Assembly: GCA_964016885.1 (NCBI GenBank)
Contig: OZ024740.1
Location: forward strand, 53,692,001 to 53,756,000
Source: Eledone cirrhosa
Taxonomy: Eukaryota
DNA: 64,000 nucleotides
Direction: 5' to 3'
Positions 18,319 to 34,526 of the stretch are shown one piece after another (the stretch's first letter is position 1; each line of letters opens with the position of its first letter). Position numbers and translations under genes: made by a program. The notes beneath the pieces were generated by a model that was not told the origin of the DNA, ran no database searches, and saw only the letters and a program-made list of their open reading frames with translations.

Positions 18319-18937
18319 ATATATATATATATATGTGTATATATGTGTATATATATATACATATATGTGTATATATGTGTATATATATATACACACACAT
18401 ATATATATATATATACATATATATATATTTATATATATCTTTCTTTCTCTCTCTCTCTCTATATATATATATGCAAATATACATTTATACACACACACAC
18501 ACACACACACAAACACATATATATATATATATGTGTATACATTTAGATAAATTGATATATACCTACATACGTGTGACTGTATGATTATTCCTAGGTTATT
18601 ATTCATTATTAGTGGTTGAATGTGTGCGTGTGGAATCCTTCTTGTCTCTGTATGTAATTCCATCCATGTTTGTGGAATTCGAAATTAATGAGCGTGTTGC
18701 TCTTTACATATGTTAATGTAAGCGAAATACACAAACACACTCATGCACATACATACAATATTTATATATATATATATTTGATTGTTGACTCATGATAACA
18801 TACACTTTCATATTGGGGCATATAAGCAAGCATAAACATATGTATGCACCCACCCACACTTACACACATATATGCATTTATATATAAATATATATATATA
18901 TATATTTATATATATATGTATATATGTATATATATGT

Positions 18938-18989
<52 letters not shown>

Positions 18990-18990
18990 C

Positions 18991-19058
<68 letters not shown>

Positions 19059-19084
19059 CACACAAACTTATACATACACACAAA

Positions 19085-19253
<169 letters not shown>

Positions 19254-19819
19254 GCCGATAGAGTCTTGCTTATGGATTCACGTACATCAAAAACTTTATC
19301 AATGTGTATGTGTTGAGAGAATAGATGTATAATTAATGACCTTTGCATGTATTTTGTATATGTTTGTTTTTGATAGATCATAACATTTTAATACTTTCTT
19401 CTGTCTTCTTTTTATACATTAACGTCCCTTATAATGCATATCTGGGACTTCCCTAAACTTTAACGGTATCATATTCAAAAGTTTATAATTATGCTATCAT
19501 TATGCTACTACATGTATATTGTTTATATTGCTGCTGAGGATAATAACGAGGGCGTAGTTGACGACGACTAGGATGATGACGATGATAGTGGTGGCGATGA
19601 TAGTGATGATGATGATTATGATGATGATTAACTTCAGCTAAACGTATTAACTATTCATAAATTTTAATACATTGATCGTTGTGGCAAACATTTTCGCATA
19701 GATGGCAGAGTTATTATTTGCTTCTATGCTAGAAATTATTATTAATTGGAAACATAGGTTTAGGGTATGACTGAATCGGTGGAGACACGGTACAAATGTC
19801 TTGTAGTGTGCGATTACGT

Positions 19820-20330
19820 TTTTCTTTCGACTTCAAATGATTCCAAGATAGGCAGGTTGAGCATTCTCGTAGTTATTGCTATTTATTGTGGGATCATCTG
19901 CATAGTCGAGGCCCATCTTCGTCGAACCTTATCTCATAGTGACTCCAGTCAATGATATTGCTGAATAATATTGGCATTGATGCCTCTGTGTGAATTGCAA
20001 AAGCGCCTAGCATTCATCTCAATGAAAGGGAGGAGATATGCATCACTCCAGTACTGTCGAAGAAATTATGTGTCCCAAATACAGTACAGCAAGGGAACAA
20101 CGTCCTGGAAACAGTTTCTTAAGATCTCGTCTGGCTGACACGCCTCCTTGAGAGTTTTCTTGATGTTTTTCCGTTTGTGAATAGCTTTGTGCAACTTCTC
20201 GACGGTTTCTGTATCCGCATTGCTAGGGCGCGAAAGCGTAATTGTGGAGTGTATGCGCGACTGTTTACTGGTAAAATAAGGTTTGAGCAAGTTCACCAAA
20301 TCCTTGACTGAGATGATCATCTAGGTTCAA
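19820..20330 (-). pseudogene. Degenerate LINE (RTE-like) reverse transcriptase fragment
   Basis: Minus-strand pieces KTLKEACQPDEILR, TGVM.., and LDYADD (YADD catalytic motif at ~19893-19910), with stops and frameshifts. Confidence 0.65.
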
Positions 20331-22146
20331 TATCAAGACGGCATCAGATTCAACAGTGATTTTTCTAGTTGGTGGACAGTCCTTTGTAGAAAACTGTAAA
20401 ATCTGTTACAGCTTTCGTGAGTTCCCAGAATAATCTAAACTATACATGCCATGAGCGATGGCAAGTCAGTTTTCATTGCAATCAAAACGTGCAAAATGTG
20501 ATATGTGTTATGTTCTAGATAATGAATGATTAGTGGTATCACCTTTTCGAATACAATTAGACTGCTATTGTACGACCGTTTATCTACCAGTATTTGAAGT
20601 AAACCTTTATTTTAAAAGATGTGTGATGCTGTGCTATTCATTTCCATGGGCTTCATTAACCGTAGCGAATCCAAGTCACCGAAATAGTTTCACAAGTCAT
20701 GGGGAAGGGCATGGCGGTATTACTGTATTTTCATTTCCTAATATGTTGGTTCGGTGAATTCTTGGGTCTCATATTAAGCGAAAACGAAGATTTGCAAGTA
20801 TTATGGCTTGGTTATGTCGAACAAAGAACATTTGAAATTATTAGCCGGAAATCAATTATTCTTATATTTGTTTTGATAATTAAACCGGATAATGATGATC
20901 AAACATAGGTAGTCACGCCTTGATAGATTAGTAATATCCACATTATACTACTGTAACGTACGAATGGTCGGATCATGTGTTTTTAGAATGATCTTCGCTT
21001 GTATATTCCAGACTACGTAAAAGTATTTTCTCTGTAATCTGTTTGTCTATCTTGGGAATTTATCACTTGATCCGTTGAGAGAGCCGGTGTTTGGACTACC
21101 GCGATTGCATTAGTGGAAATAGGATTAATACATTTATGTGAATTCACCTAAAATATGGATTTCATGGACGGTCTTCAGCCCCAATTATACACACATTCAG
21201 TGTATTGCGTAAGAGTACAACGTGCCCTCGAATATCGATACTTTTAGTAAAATTAACGAGCAAGGGTACAGTCTAATATCGGAACAGAATTATCTAATAC
21301 TACAAAGAAGACGGGATTTACCGAAATATATTTAGACATTTAGAAGTCAATACAAGTACCAGACACGGGATACTTAAGCATTTGCGTACTGAGAAATGTT
21401 ATAACATCGAATTCTCACTTGGAAAAAGCGAAATTCATTTATATATTGACTTCAGTACTTGAATGAAATAGTGCAATGCATCAGAGGCACTAAAGGTTCT
21501 GCCAGTAATAACATTAATGCTAAGCTAAAATTTAGATATACAACTGATAAGCAAAGTAACTCAACTTTTCATTTCAGTTCATCTCATCAATGTATATGAT
21601 TGTTTCCTTCACTCTCGCTATACTATCAGCATGTGGTGTATTTGGGCTGTTGGACCCTCTGTTATTTTTATTGTTTATTCTCTACGTAAGCTTACTTTTA
21701 GTAACACTTTTCTATTACTCGCTCAGACAGAAGTTAAAGTTAAGGCACAAATGATAAGCAACATAACTCATATTTTGGCAAATCCCGTATACCTTCCGCC
21801 CACACCTATCTCACCACCAAGCCTATCTGGTAGGCCTTTGCAGTACCAGGAATGATAAGAACCTCTTCTTTCGACCAACAAAATAATATAGCATACCTGT
21901 ACCAGAGACGGGTCTGAAATAGATCACCATGACTACGATGCTGCTGAAATGAAAACAGGCTAGAGATCTCGGGGCAGTGTGGGCACTCACAGAGAGGAAC
22001 AGCGAACAAAGGAACAGTCTTTCGGAGGCTAACTATGTATATGGAAATAAAGGTTGTGATGGTGGTGGTGGTGGTGGTGGTGGTGACAATGATGATGGTA
22101 TTGGTGGTGATGATGGTATTGGTGGTGGTAATAATTATAATAATTG

Positions 22147-25100
22147 GTGGAGTCATCGGTGACTAAACTAGCAAATCCACCAAGCTTGCTTAGTGAGGGT
22201 GGTGGTTGGACTGCCCGTGGGATGAAAAACAAAACCCATCAAAGGGAGGGGAAACACATGAGAGTCAACGGCCATCCAAACATTTGAAAATCTACAGCAG
22301 CGGAGTACAAAATACCGGATTGGAGACCACTTCAATTCTAAGGTTTGAGGGCTCTTTAAAGTCGTTTGCGTCACCCTCAGGAGATTGTGTATTAAACAGA
22401 AAAAACACTTTTCGTAGTGGAACCTTAAAACCAGTAAACCCAATGAATAAAATGAATTAAAACATTTGTTTACACGAAGGCGTCAATGGAGCTGGAGCCC
22501 TACAGGTGCCATGTGGTTGAGCCTCACAGACCCGGTGGTCATCATACCACTGCTAGAATCAAGTGGAGTAAGGAGGTAAACAAGGCTGTTATGGAGTGTT
22601 ATTTTAGAAACAGGCTTTGTGAATGAAAATGGCATGCCAATTTGAGGATATAGACAGAGTGTGATACGAGTATGGTAAGTGATGGTGCTCTTTGAATTAA
22701 CTGAACAGAGGATTTGTGATATGCAAGGGCAAAATGCAAAACAGGGATGGCTATCTAAGATTGAGATTGAAATGATAACGAAAAAGATAATTCAGGAGAA
22801 GGGGGAGGATATAGAAGCTCAGGAATTTGGAGATTCAAATAGAGGTGAGAGTATGAAAAATGATGGAATCCATCAAGAAGAAAAGGAACTGAATATACGA
22901 GATGATGCAGGAGGTGACATTAACATTGATGAATAGAGGGACATATCAAAACAAGACAGACAAATGATTGCTGATATATTGGAGATCTCTAAATCCATGA
23001 AAAATTAAAAAGGCAAACCAATGTCAGCTAGAAGAAGTAACTAACAAAGTAAACAACATCTTGACATGGTACCAACTAGAACCATCACAGAAACCAACAA
23101 TCTCATCAGCGCGACAAGTATCTACATTGCAAAGTGTTAGGTTTAAAACAGACTACACAAAAGCAGATCAAGGGATCATGGTGGAAAAGGTGAATTGAAG
23201 GGGACATCAAAATGCTTAGGAAATATATTAATATTCTAAGAAAACAAAACGAGGTGAATTTAAAAAAAGGGAAAAGATTTAACAACTTACAGGGAAGTAC
23301 AATATCAGGAGAAAGACGATTACTGCGGTAATTTAGGAGCTGAAACAAAAGGTACTTGCCAAAGCTGCAAAGATTAAGAGGTATGAACAACGGATTATGC
23401 AGTATATAGAATGTATGTTTGCAAAAAAATCAGAAGAGATTCTACCAGAAGGTAAATGGCATGGTTAGGAATGATGATGTAATCCATGATGCATATGAAA
23501 GTAAGAAGCTTTGGAGTGATATCTGGAGTGTAGGATAAGAGCACAATAGAAGTGTGGAGTAACTGACTAACATAAACAATGACATTGGGGATAATCAACG
23601 GATAATTGGAGATAACAACTGATATGGTAACTATACGGTGTAAAAAAAAAAACAAATTTGAAAGCTTCCGGTAAAGAAGGTGTTCACAGATTCTGGTTGA
23701 AAAGGTTGAGGTTCCTTCATGGGAGATTTGCTGAGCAACTGAATAAGATCTGGAATGGGGGAGAGAGGTTGCCGGAGTAGCTAAACCTTGAGAGAACGAT
23801 CTTGTGTTTAACGTACCCCAGCAATGGAAATGCAGTTGACAACTTTAGACCAATCCCTTGTCTCCCATTTATGTAGAAAATTATAACAGGTGCCATTGCT
23901 GAAGGAATATATGAATACCTGCTGTTCATGGATGACCTGAAACTTTATGGGAACTCCTATGAACATATTGGTGCACTTCTATAGACAGTTCCTATATTCA
24001 GTACGGACATAAGAATGGAGTTTGGCATAAAGAATGTTGGGTGCTACTACTGAAGCGAGGTAGAATTGATAAGATGGAAGGAATTAAATTACCAGATGGA
24101 CAAGTTAAGAAGGAAATTGATGTCAATGGATATAAGTACTTCGCCAACCTGGAAACAAATCAAATGAAAGGGAAGGAAATAAAAAAAAAACACTATTATC
24201 AAGGGAATATAAACGGAGACTGAAGTTGGTGTTAAAGACAAAGTTAAATGATAGAAATAGGAAACTGGCTAAAACACATGGACTGTTGCAGTGCTAAGGT
24301 ATAGCGCTGGTGTGATAGAATGGAGATGTAATGAACTTAAGAAGCTTGATAGAAAAAAACAGGAAAATGATGACACTACAATGATGACATTACAAGGAGC
24401 TCTACATCCCAAAGGTGACGTGTACATTTTCTATCCATCAAGACAGAACGGAGGAAAGGTCTCATTTGCTGTGAAATGTGTGTGGAGTTGGCGGAAATAA
24501 TTTGGCATGGTATGTAAAGAATTCAAAGGAGAGATGGCAGGAGTAAGAAAGATAGGTCCTAAACAGTGATGAAGCAAAGGAAAAGTGAGAATCTAAACAA
24601 GACAGAGAAAATGACATATTGAAAAGATGGAAGAAACAAATGTATGGGAAATGCCTGAGACACTTGACAAAGGTAGGAACTGGGAATGGAATATGAAAAG
24701 TGACTTAGAAGTTGAAACTGAGGCTCTTATTTTTGCATCCCAGGAACAATATCAAGTTAAATATTGACAAGTCATTGAATTCCCCACGTTGTAGGCTGTG
24801 TGGTGAGAAAGGTGAGACAATAAACTACATTATTAGTAAATGTAAGATGCCTACTCAGAATGCTTGCTAGAGAAGGCACGACAACATTGCCAGATTGGTT
24901 CAATGGAGGCTCTATCATAAGTATGACATGAACAGATGTGAGAAATGGTAAGAAAATCAACCGAAAGGATGACTGAAAATGAACATTATATGATCTTGTG
25001 AAACATGAACATCCAGTGCGACCATTTTTTCGTGACTAGAAAGCTCGACATTGTTGTCTTAGAGTAGAAGGTGTGTATTGTGGTTATTGATTCACCGTGG

Positions 25101-25290
25101 GCCCATAGGGTGAATGAGAACTACCAGAAGCTGAAGAGGGAAATCAGGACACTGTGGAGAATCAGACGCGTAGAAGCGGTACTGATTGTGGTTGGAGCAC
25201 AGGGAACAGTTAGTAGAAGTTTGGATGCATGGCTTGAGAAGCTAGGAATTACCATCAGAACAGGATTGTTGCAGAAAACAGCCTTCAGAT
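22147..25290 (+). mobile_element. Decayed near-full-length R4/Dong-clade non-LTR retrotransposon (RT + restriction-like endonuclease)
   Basis: Motifs in order: [89 protein letters not shown] (CCHC-type), RRHDNIAR, KLDIVV, YQKLKREIRTLW, IVVGAQGTV, LLQKTA; many stops and frameshifts. Confidence 0.9.
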
Positions 25291-25876
25291 TATAGTAAAT
25301 TTTTTCATTTTTTAATTGGTGCATACCTGTTTAACCGTAAATCTCTTAGTATTTCGATAACCTTTACTGGTCAACCTACAGACCTTACAATTTTATACTA
25401 TATAAATATCATTTCCACTTCACTGCTTGGTTTCAGGATTTGAAATAATGCTTTACCATCAATACAAACCTTTCTTCTCTTCAGGATAACAGCTAAAATA
25501 TCTTGGTATTATTCTGAATTAATCAATTGAAAGTTGCATAGCAATGAATACAACATCAAGTAGTTGTAAAACCTCGCCTTTTGAGTTTTCCTCATTTAAA
25601 ACAAAACTTCTTAGATAAAAACTGCCAAAACCTCATATTTATTGATATTAAAAGAATATTATAAGGTCCATCATTTAAGATAATCTTGAAATACCAGCTA
25701 GATACAAAATTTGAAACCTTATACTTCGTTGATTATCATTTAACATTCCAAATGCTACACACATACACATACACATACACACAAACACACACACACAGAC
25801 ACACACACACACACATACAGGCACGCACACACACACACATTCAGACACTTACATACACACAAACACACACACACGC

Positions 25877-25929
<53 letters not shown>

Positions 25930-25932
<3 letters not shown>

Positions 25933-25985
25933 AAGAGTCAGGACCTCTACGGTTAGGCTCTTGCCGTCTCAACAGCTAGTTCCAT
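25930..25985 (-). mobile_element. Short degenerate family X fragment between (TA)n arrays
   Basis: AAAGAGTCAGGACCTCTACGGTTAGGCTCTTGCCGTCTCAACAGCTA aligns with 47698-47744. Confidence 0.65.
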
Positions 25986-26016
<31 letters not shown>

Positions 26017-26060
26017 ATATATATGTGTGTGTGTGCGCGTGCGTGTATATATATATATAT

Positions 26061-26097
<37 letters not shown>

Positions 26098-26704
26098 GAG
26101 AGAGACAGAAGGAGAGTGAGATTTATGTTTATATATATGTATATAGGTTGGGTTGCGATTTCTAATTTCTTAGCGAAATTTCTCAAAGCTAGCGTTTATT
26201 CAATATTCCAAATCCTGCAGGGATAATTGTACAGAAAACACCAGAATATATCGAATGCAAACCATCAGGATAGTAGGGTTTGAAATTCACAAATTAATAA
26301 CACTAAACGTGACAGAAATTGATAAAGATTAGAGAAAATTAAAACTATTGAGTCTGCCTAGATACAAACCCAGGGGTTACTTCTTCAGGCTGTGTTTTTA
26401 ATTTGTTTATTATCATGAAATTCACAGGCTTTGTTTTCTAAATCTTAACCGAAATTAATTAAAATAAATACTTATTCATTTCACTTAACTTTTTGAATTT
26501 TAAAATAATTGTCTAAATCTGATAGCACATTATGTGCCATTATTTACCGCGTTTAATTCCAATCTGCAAGTGTTCCTACAGGCATGTTTTGTCTAATATT
26601 ACCGTATTATAATTCGTCAGACGAGATGTGGTATATATATATATATATATATATATTAATATATATATATATTAATATATATATATATATGTATACACCC
26701 CCCC

Positions 26705-26821
<117 letters not shown>

Positions 26822-26856
26822 AATACATACATCTATAGCTATCGATCTGTTTCTCT

Positions 26857-26925
<69 letters not shown>

Positions 26926-27271
26926 TATATATACATATATATATGTGTGTGTGTGTGTGCGTGTGTGTGTATGTATATATGTATGTTATATATATATATA
27001 TGTATGTATATATGTATATATTCATGTGACATCTCCAATTTCATTAGTTTTGTTCATTAAATTAGGTACATTGCCGGATGCTGTGGATCAATCAGGGACT
27101 AAAATTACTTGAAGATAAATTTTGTAAATCGCTTATATTTCCATTAGATTTAATTGAATATCATATAACCTAATCTTCAGGAAATATAGTTGCAATCAGA
27201 AGCAACATGAATAGAGAGACACACTAACAGCCATACATACAAACGTATATTATGTATACATACATATAATA

Positions 27272-28075
27272 TATTGTTATACTTTGGGAGGGTCATGCTG
27301 CCAATAAAAACCCACGCACCTGTTGGTTTTCACTTCAATTTATTATATATTTCCGGTGGTTGGTTGGTTCAATAACCGGGAGGTTGTTTATATATTGTCA
27401 AAGCTCTTTCGTCACACATTCTGACCTCCTCAGTGACTATGTTTTTATTTTGTTTATTTCTCTTTTCTTCTGTTCTACACCATCTTGTTTTTGTTTGTTG
27501 TTTGCTTAGTTTGCACATGCGTTGCCTCCGGATGCGTTATTATTGATCCAGGTGCGTTTTTATTTATTTATCTGTTTATTTATTTGTCACTAGTTGGTTG
27601 TTTGTTCTATCTGTGTGTATCAAATTTCTTTTGTTAGTTTGGTGTTTGTGTGTGTCTATATCTTCATTTTGTCCTTAATTACTAGTCATGATGTTGTTAT
27701 TCTACTTATCTTTTCTGTTTAATTTTGGCTAGACTTTATATTTGTTGCCTCTGTAATTTTCCTGAGCATTGCATCTTTTCTGAGTGTGGATATTATTTTT
27801 ATCTCTATATTCTCTATTTTTATCCCTATGTTCTATTTTGGCATGTTGGTGGAGTACTGATGAGTTTTTCCCATCCTGGAGTTCTCGCCAATGTTCACTT
27901 AAACCGCTTTCTCATTTAATATCTGAAGCAGAAACTGCTGAGTTGAACGGTCTTCTCTCAGTTTCAATGTCCTCATTTTGATCATGGACTTTCGATGCAA
28001 TAGGATCTGCATATCTGTTCTTCACTTTCTTCTCCACCCACGCTTTCCATTGTATATATAGGTCGAGTTGCACCT
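27272..28075 (-). mobile_element. Penelope-like element 3' end: GIY-YIG endonuclease remnant plus pLTR
   Basis: Minus strand CNSTYI..., KRF/SEHWRELQDGKNSSVLHQHAKIEH, MLRKITEATNIK..KLNRKD, then an A-rich UTR and a hammerhead. Confidence 0.8.
27394..27440 (-). ncRNA. Minimal type-I hammerhead ribozyme in Penelope pLTR
   Basis: Minus strand ATAGTCA CTGAGGA G GTCA GAATGTG TGAC GAA AG AG CT T TGACAAT. Confidence 0.75.
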
Positions 28076-28079
28076 ATCA

Positions 28080-28770
28080 TCTTTGTGGGAATCCACGGCT
28101 TTAGGTAGTCTTAGATTGCAGATAACTAAATGGTGATCATTTGACAGCTAAACCGCTCTCCCAACGCGAACAACTAGTAGATAATTGAAGAGATGAGAGG
28201 CATTAACGGAATTAGTTATTGATCTCTGTTTCCATTTCCCCTTATCCATGTGTGTTTATGGTTATCTTTGTGATGGAAAACGCCATGCACAATAGAGAGC
28301 TCATTAATAGAAGAGACGTTTAATAAAGCCTCTCCATTCACATTTAAATCTGGATCACCTTTCTAATAATTTCTCTCGTTGTCAGGTTGTCAGTCCTAAT
28401 ATGTACATTGAAGTCATCCATTAGGACATATGACTCCGTCTTAGCTATATCTCACGCTGCAATGACTTCAAGGAAGGATCTCTATTCGGGCACACTATAT
28501 GACTCGTAAACCTGCACCACCCAGAGAGAACCTACTTTCAGCCTAAGCGTCAAAAGGCAAATTTTCTCTCCCAATGGGATCCAGTTCATAACGCATTCCT
28601 ATTTCTAAAGTCTTGTGAGTATCCCCACTCCCACTTGTGCAGTCTTTCTGGCGCCACACTTGAATAGTGGAGATTCCACCCTCTATCCAAATCTACAGAA
28701 ACCCGACTATATGTTGCCGGTAGCATGTATCCTCTTCCACTAATTCCTGCTCCCGCCCTGGAAGGGTTGT
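28080..28770 (-). pseudogene. Degenerate RTE-clade AP-endonuclease fragment
   Basis: Minus strand LMDDFNVHIRTD (GDFN motif) and LSNDHHLVICNLR (SDH motif). Confidence 0.75.
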
Positions 28771-29269
28771 AACGTTCTTGTTACTAACTGTAATATATAT
28801 ATTTGTGTGTGTGTGTGATGCTACATGAATATCTACATCTATGCATAAACACAAACATATATTGTCAGTTTGCGCACACGTAAATTTGATAAATGCCTCT
28901 ATGATGTTATTTTGCCTCTCTGTCTTTGCCTCTTTCTCTGCTCAGTATAACTTATCCTTCCCTCCATATTTTATTCTCCATGTTTTCGTTCACTCTCATT
29001 CTCTCACCTCTTTCCTTATATATCATTGAACAGGCAGCGGGCATGTTTTAGATTAAATGCGGATGTCTCCGAAAAAAGGTGAGAGAGGAATAAGAACAAA
29101 TTTGATTACTTTTGTTCATGAATTACAAATATCTATAATACCAAGATGTAGACAAGAATACAAATTTCACTCAGTACCGTATTAACTATTACATTAAAAA
29201 AAACTTGAAACAAAATGGGAGTAAATTCTCTTTAAAAAATTACAATGAAATATCTATACTGGATTTGAA

Positions 29270-29430
29270 ATCAAGAGCCGAGAGCTAATCTCTCTTTATG
29301 TCCTTTTACGATCTGAGTTCAAATCCCGCCGAGGTTAACTTTGCCTTTCATCCATACAGAGGTCGATAAAATAAAGTACCAGTAATGTACTGGGTATTTG
29401 CTGGCCTTGTTGCAAAAGTTGAAACAATTA
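29270..29430 (+). mobile_element. tRNA-derived SINE (family A)
   Basis: GAGTTCAAATCCCGCCGAGGTTAACTTTGCCTTTCATCC...GAAACAATTA. Confidence 0.85.
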
Positions 29431-31959
29431 ATGATATTTATGCTACCTAATACTTTTGACAGATAAACATTTGCTATATTTGAAAAATATTGATAAATTT
29501 CTAGCTTGAGCTTCGCTACATGTTTAGATAGCTAGAGTCGGCAGATTTACAAATAGGTTTGCGTTTCCCATTTCTTTTAGATATTGCAGGTGTTAATCTA
29601 GTGATAGGTGGGAAGGAAATAATATATTTCGTAAATTCAAAGCATAACTGACAAAAATCGGATACTGTGTTTGCAGTATATCTAATAGCTATTGTGCAAT
29701 ATAAAATCCCCTCTTCCCTGATTAGAAAAAATCTTTCATGAGGTCTATCGTGAATTATGATAACCATTCAAAATATTACAAACTATCCTTTGGTAAATTT
29801 CTCGAATATCGGTAATTATTTATTTCAGATGTTTAATTGAATCATCACATTAATTTTAATTAGTCATCTGATTTGAATAAGTTTTGGAAATGCTTTTGAA
29901 ATACAAATGTAGCATGGAATTAATGGGCTGGGCCCAAACTAATTGTAACATTCAGTATGAATAATTGTAAGCATATCTAAACACAATCTAAAATACCAAC
30001 TAACAATCTGACATTGGTTTCTAAATATTTGTTGTGGCTGTCACGGTCAAGATTAAACCTGGTTTAGAAGACCTATATTTCAGCCATGACCAAGCTGTTC
30101 TTTTAACTTGGATCGCATCTGTCAGTACAGTTTTCCTTTTTAAACGGTATGTTTTCATTTGAGGGTATTCATCCGCTGTACCTACTAGCTCAGGTAAAGG
30201 CTTAGGGGTTCTTTGTTGACAATGTAAACAATATTCTGAAATATGCTGAAATGAAAAAAAATAATTTCATACTTCCTGTATAATATGAAACTAAAATAAA
30301 GAAAACCCCTCAAATATACTATTGTTTAACATTCTAAAACACTAAGGCCGAATGTGATGCAATTTGAATGTCAAAAGCTATAATTTCTTTTTAACAACGT
30401 CGTTAATGACTCTGAAAAAGATACATGTACACCATCCATTATGCTTTTAGAAGAATTATTTTTTCTTTATTTTATGACAACAGTGTGATGAATTATCTGA
30501 TAAAAAAAATAATAATATTTTATATGATCAATAATAAGCAATTTAATATTTTGTGATATATATTTTAACAGAAAAATCCCCATAAGTCGTTTAATTCATC
30601 GGAAAGATGTGTGGAGGTTAGTAGCATAAGTTAAAAACATTTCACGTGCTTCATTAATATGTATTTTATAGACGCCGTAGAAAGAATCCCAAAATGAGCA
30701 ATCTAGAGTTGCATCCATATGGACGAAAATCCAACGCAGTATCATTAATTCCTTGAGTTTTAGCTGCTTTGATAGAATGAGTTAACTTGAAACTCCACCA
30801 GAAAAGCAACATTGCGAGAAATTCTCTCTCTCAATTTATAGACCTCACCATGTGTAGGGGCAAGCATCATTGCAGAATAAGTGTTAAGCTTTCGGCAAGC
30901 CAAGACTGCAATCCATTCCATAAATATTTTAAGAATGTTTGAAACATACATTATCCCATTACTCCAATCTAGAAAATTAATTTTGGTTCCTAATTTAAAA
31001 GGTCTTTGTCAGGCACATAATTACGACATGAATAAAAAAAAACCGTCTTCGTATCAAACATATCTTTACTGAAGTAAAAAAATATGTTTTCTTAATTTAC
31101 TTTTATTTAACATTATGAAACAATTGATAGCTTTTCTCGTCGTTGTTACATTTTGTAGAATTTATCTGATTTCATATCATTAATACGGTCATTTCAGGCA
31201 ATTTAAAACTTAGAAAAATTGATTTATGTCAATGATAATATTAAAATTCAGTGTTTAATATTTATTAGACAACATAGAATACATCGAAATCTTTCAGTAA
31301 TCAGGGGAAGTTATGTAAACATATCACCCGCAAGCTTCAGAAAAGAAACTTGAATGGGTCGCAAAACATTTATTCTCATTTATAAACTCTCCTTAACGAT
31401 GTGATCAATGTAGAAGTTAATGAAGCCTGGTTCTTGTGTAAGAGAATAGCAATAAAAACAAGTTTGCCGCCTTGTTTCATATAGCTTTAATGAATCTTGT
31501 GTCTTTAAGTATCATTTGCTATAAACAAAACAGCATTTTACATGTTCTTTCCTCGCATATATAGGCATGTTAATGAGTAAACGTCTATCTTTATATCGGT
31601 ACAATAGATAATTATCTAGAATCTACCAGCAGGGAAACTTCTTGCCGGAGCCTGAAACGCATTCACAATACACAATAATGAGGCGTAAATGAAATGATGT
31701 GACAATGTGTATGTGTGGTGGTGGAGGTATGGGTGTCAGTTGTATTTCTCTTGTCACAAAATGTATTAATGAACGTACAGAGCAGAAACCTTACCCTCAA
31801 ACTAGACAAATTTGCAATGGTACGAGCGCACAGTTGAATATAATAGGTAGTTTTATTGAGTTACAGGCAGAAAATAGCAAGGAATTTAGTCGCCAAACGT
31901 AAATGAAATATTGAATATTGCATATAATATACAATTGATGACGGTTGTCAACCATCGGC

Positions 31960-32840
<881 letters not shown>

Positions 32841-34081
32841 ATATACAACAGTAGCAAACAAAAAGTATAAACTGAAAATGTCTCTGAATGAAAATCATGA
32901 TATAATGCACACCGGAGATATTTTCCTGATATAATGGTGAAAAAAATCCCAAACAAGACAAAAACCATAAAAAACATAAAACAATGCAATGATTCATTTA
33001 AAGAAATACATTTTCAAGTAGAGACATACTATTTTTCTCCTCTTATCCTGGTTCGGAAGAATATTAAGTATAATAATAATAAAAAATAACAAGAAAGAAA
33101 TCATAGAATATTTTTCCACAACCGAACATTACCAATAGCAATAAAAACTGTAGTGAACGTTGGTAATGACAAAAAGTAAATACAAAAATATATCGAATAG
33201 AATGGGATACCGGTATGTTTGTCAAAATAATATGTAATATTCCTTCTTTATTGATATCTTTACAAACAAAATGTATTACAATATTTAGTTTCTCTCCTCT
33301 CAGTTCTTTGGTGATGATAGAAGAGTTAATAGCAATAATGATACACTATAGCTATGATGAATTAGAAAATATAGTATTGTGGTTGGCAGAAGCGTTAGGG
33401 CATCGGGCTATTTATCTAACAATATTTAGAATCGACAAACTATTCTCGGTATTCAAATCCCAGCAGTTCATCATTTAGAGAATCATAAAATGTTTGCCAG
33501 TTATGTATAATGTGAAAATTGATTAAATATAAAATTTGTGGTCCCTTGTTAATTTGAAAGATAAATAATTATTTCTATAGTCGTAAAGATGAATATTCAG
33601 GAAAGAGGAAGCATTCAGACTTCTTTTTGAGGTTATTTCGAGTCAGTCATGTTAATAATTCTCTATCTTAGAGATACATATAACTAATGCATATAACTTC
33701 AATGGAGCGTAAGAAAGGAATTTTGCAATATTCACTGATTTTCCGGCGTTATTGATGGTATAGATGTAATATAATGAGTAATACTAGGAGATTTATGACT
33801 TGATAATGGGATTGTTTGGGAATTATTATCTACAAAGCCCATAAATGAGACATCTTGACCCACATTATTTCCTTTAAAGAATTAACAGTGTAGTGAAGTA
33901 TAATAGCAAATAGGTGCTGAGTACCACAACAGGTTAAGTTACAGTAGTATAGTGATATAATATTGTGGAACAACGCACTTATAATTCCAATATTTAGCAG
34001 ATCAATACTCGCTTAATTTGAACTGACTATGATTAATATATTAACATAAACAGACAGACGCACAAACATTCACATGCATAG

Positions 34082-34192
<111 letters not shown>

Positions 34193-34332
34193 CTCTCTCT
34201 CTCAAACACACATACACACGCACATGAAGAACACATTTATGTTTATGATTGTGAAGTGAAAACCTAAGACAAGATTTCTAATCTCCGCATAGAATTATGT
34301 TGTTCAAACACAATATTCAAGGAGCATTATTG

Positions 34333-34526
34333 CGGCGGTGAATTGACAGTATCGGTAGAGGGTCGGACACCATGCTTTGACGCATAGAGTTATGACCCTT
34401 GCCATTCTGAGTTCACATCCCACCGAGGTTAACTTTGCCTTTCATCCTTACGGGGTCGATAAAATAAAGTACCAGTAATGTACTGGGATAATTGCTGGCC
34501 TTGTTCAAAAAGAAGAAACAATTATT
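34333..34526 (+). mobile_element. tRNA-derived SINE (family A), full length
   Basis: GCGGCGGTGAATTGACAGTATCGGTAGAG head, B-box, core, tail AAACAATTATT. Confidence 0.9.

Noticed and set aside
27857-27880. CTGATGA on the + strand
   Set aside because: It is antisense of GIY-YIG codons (NSSV), with no GAAA or helices
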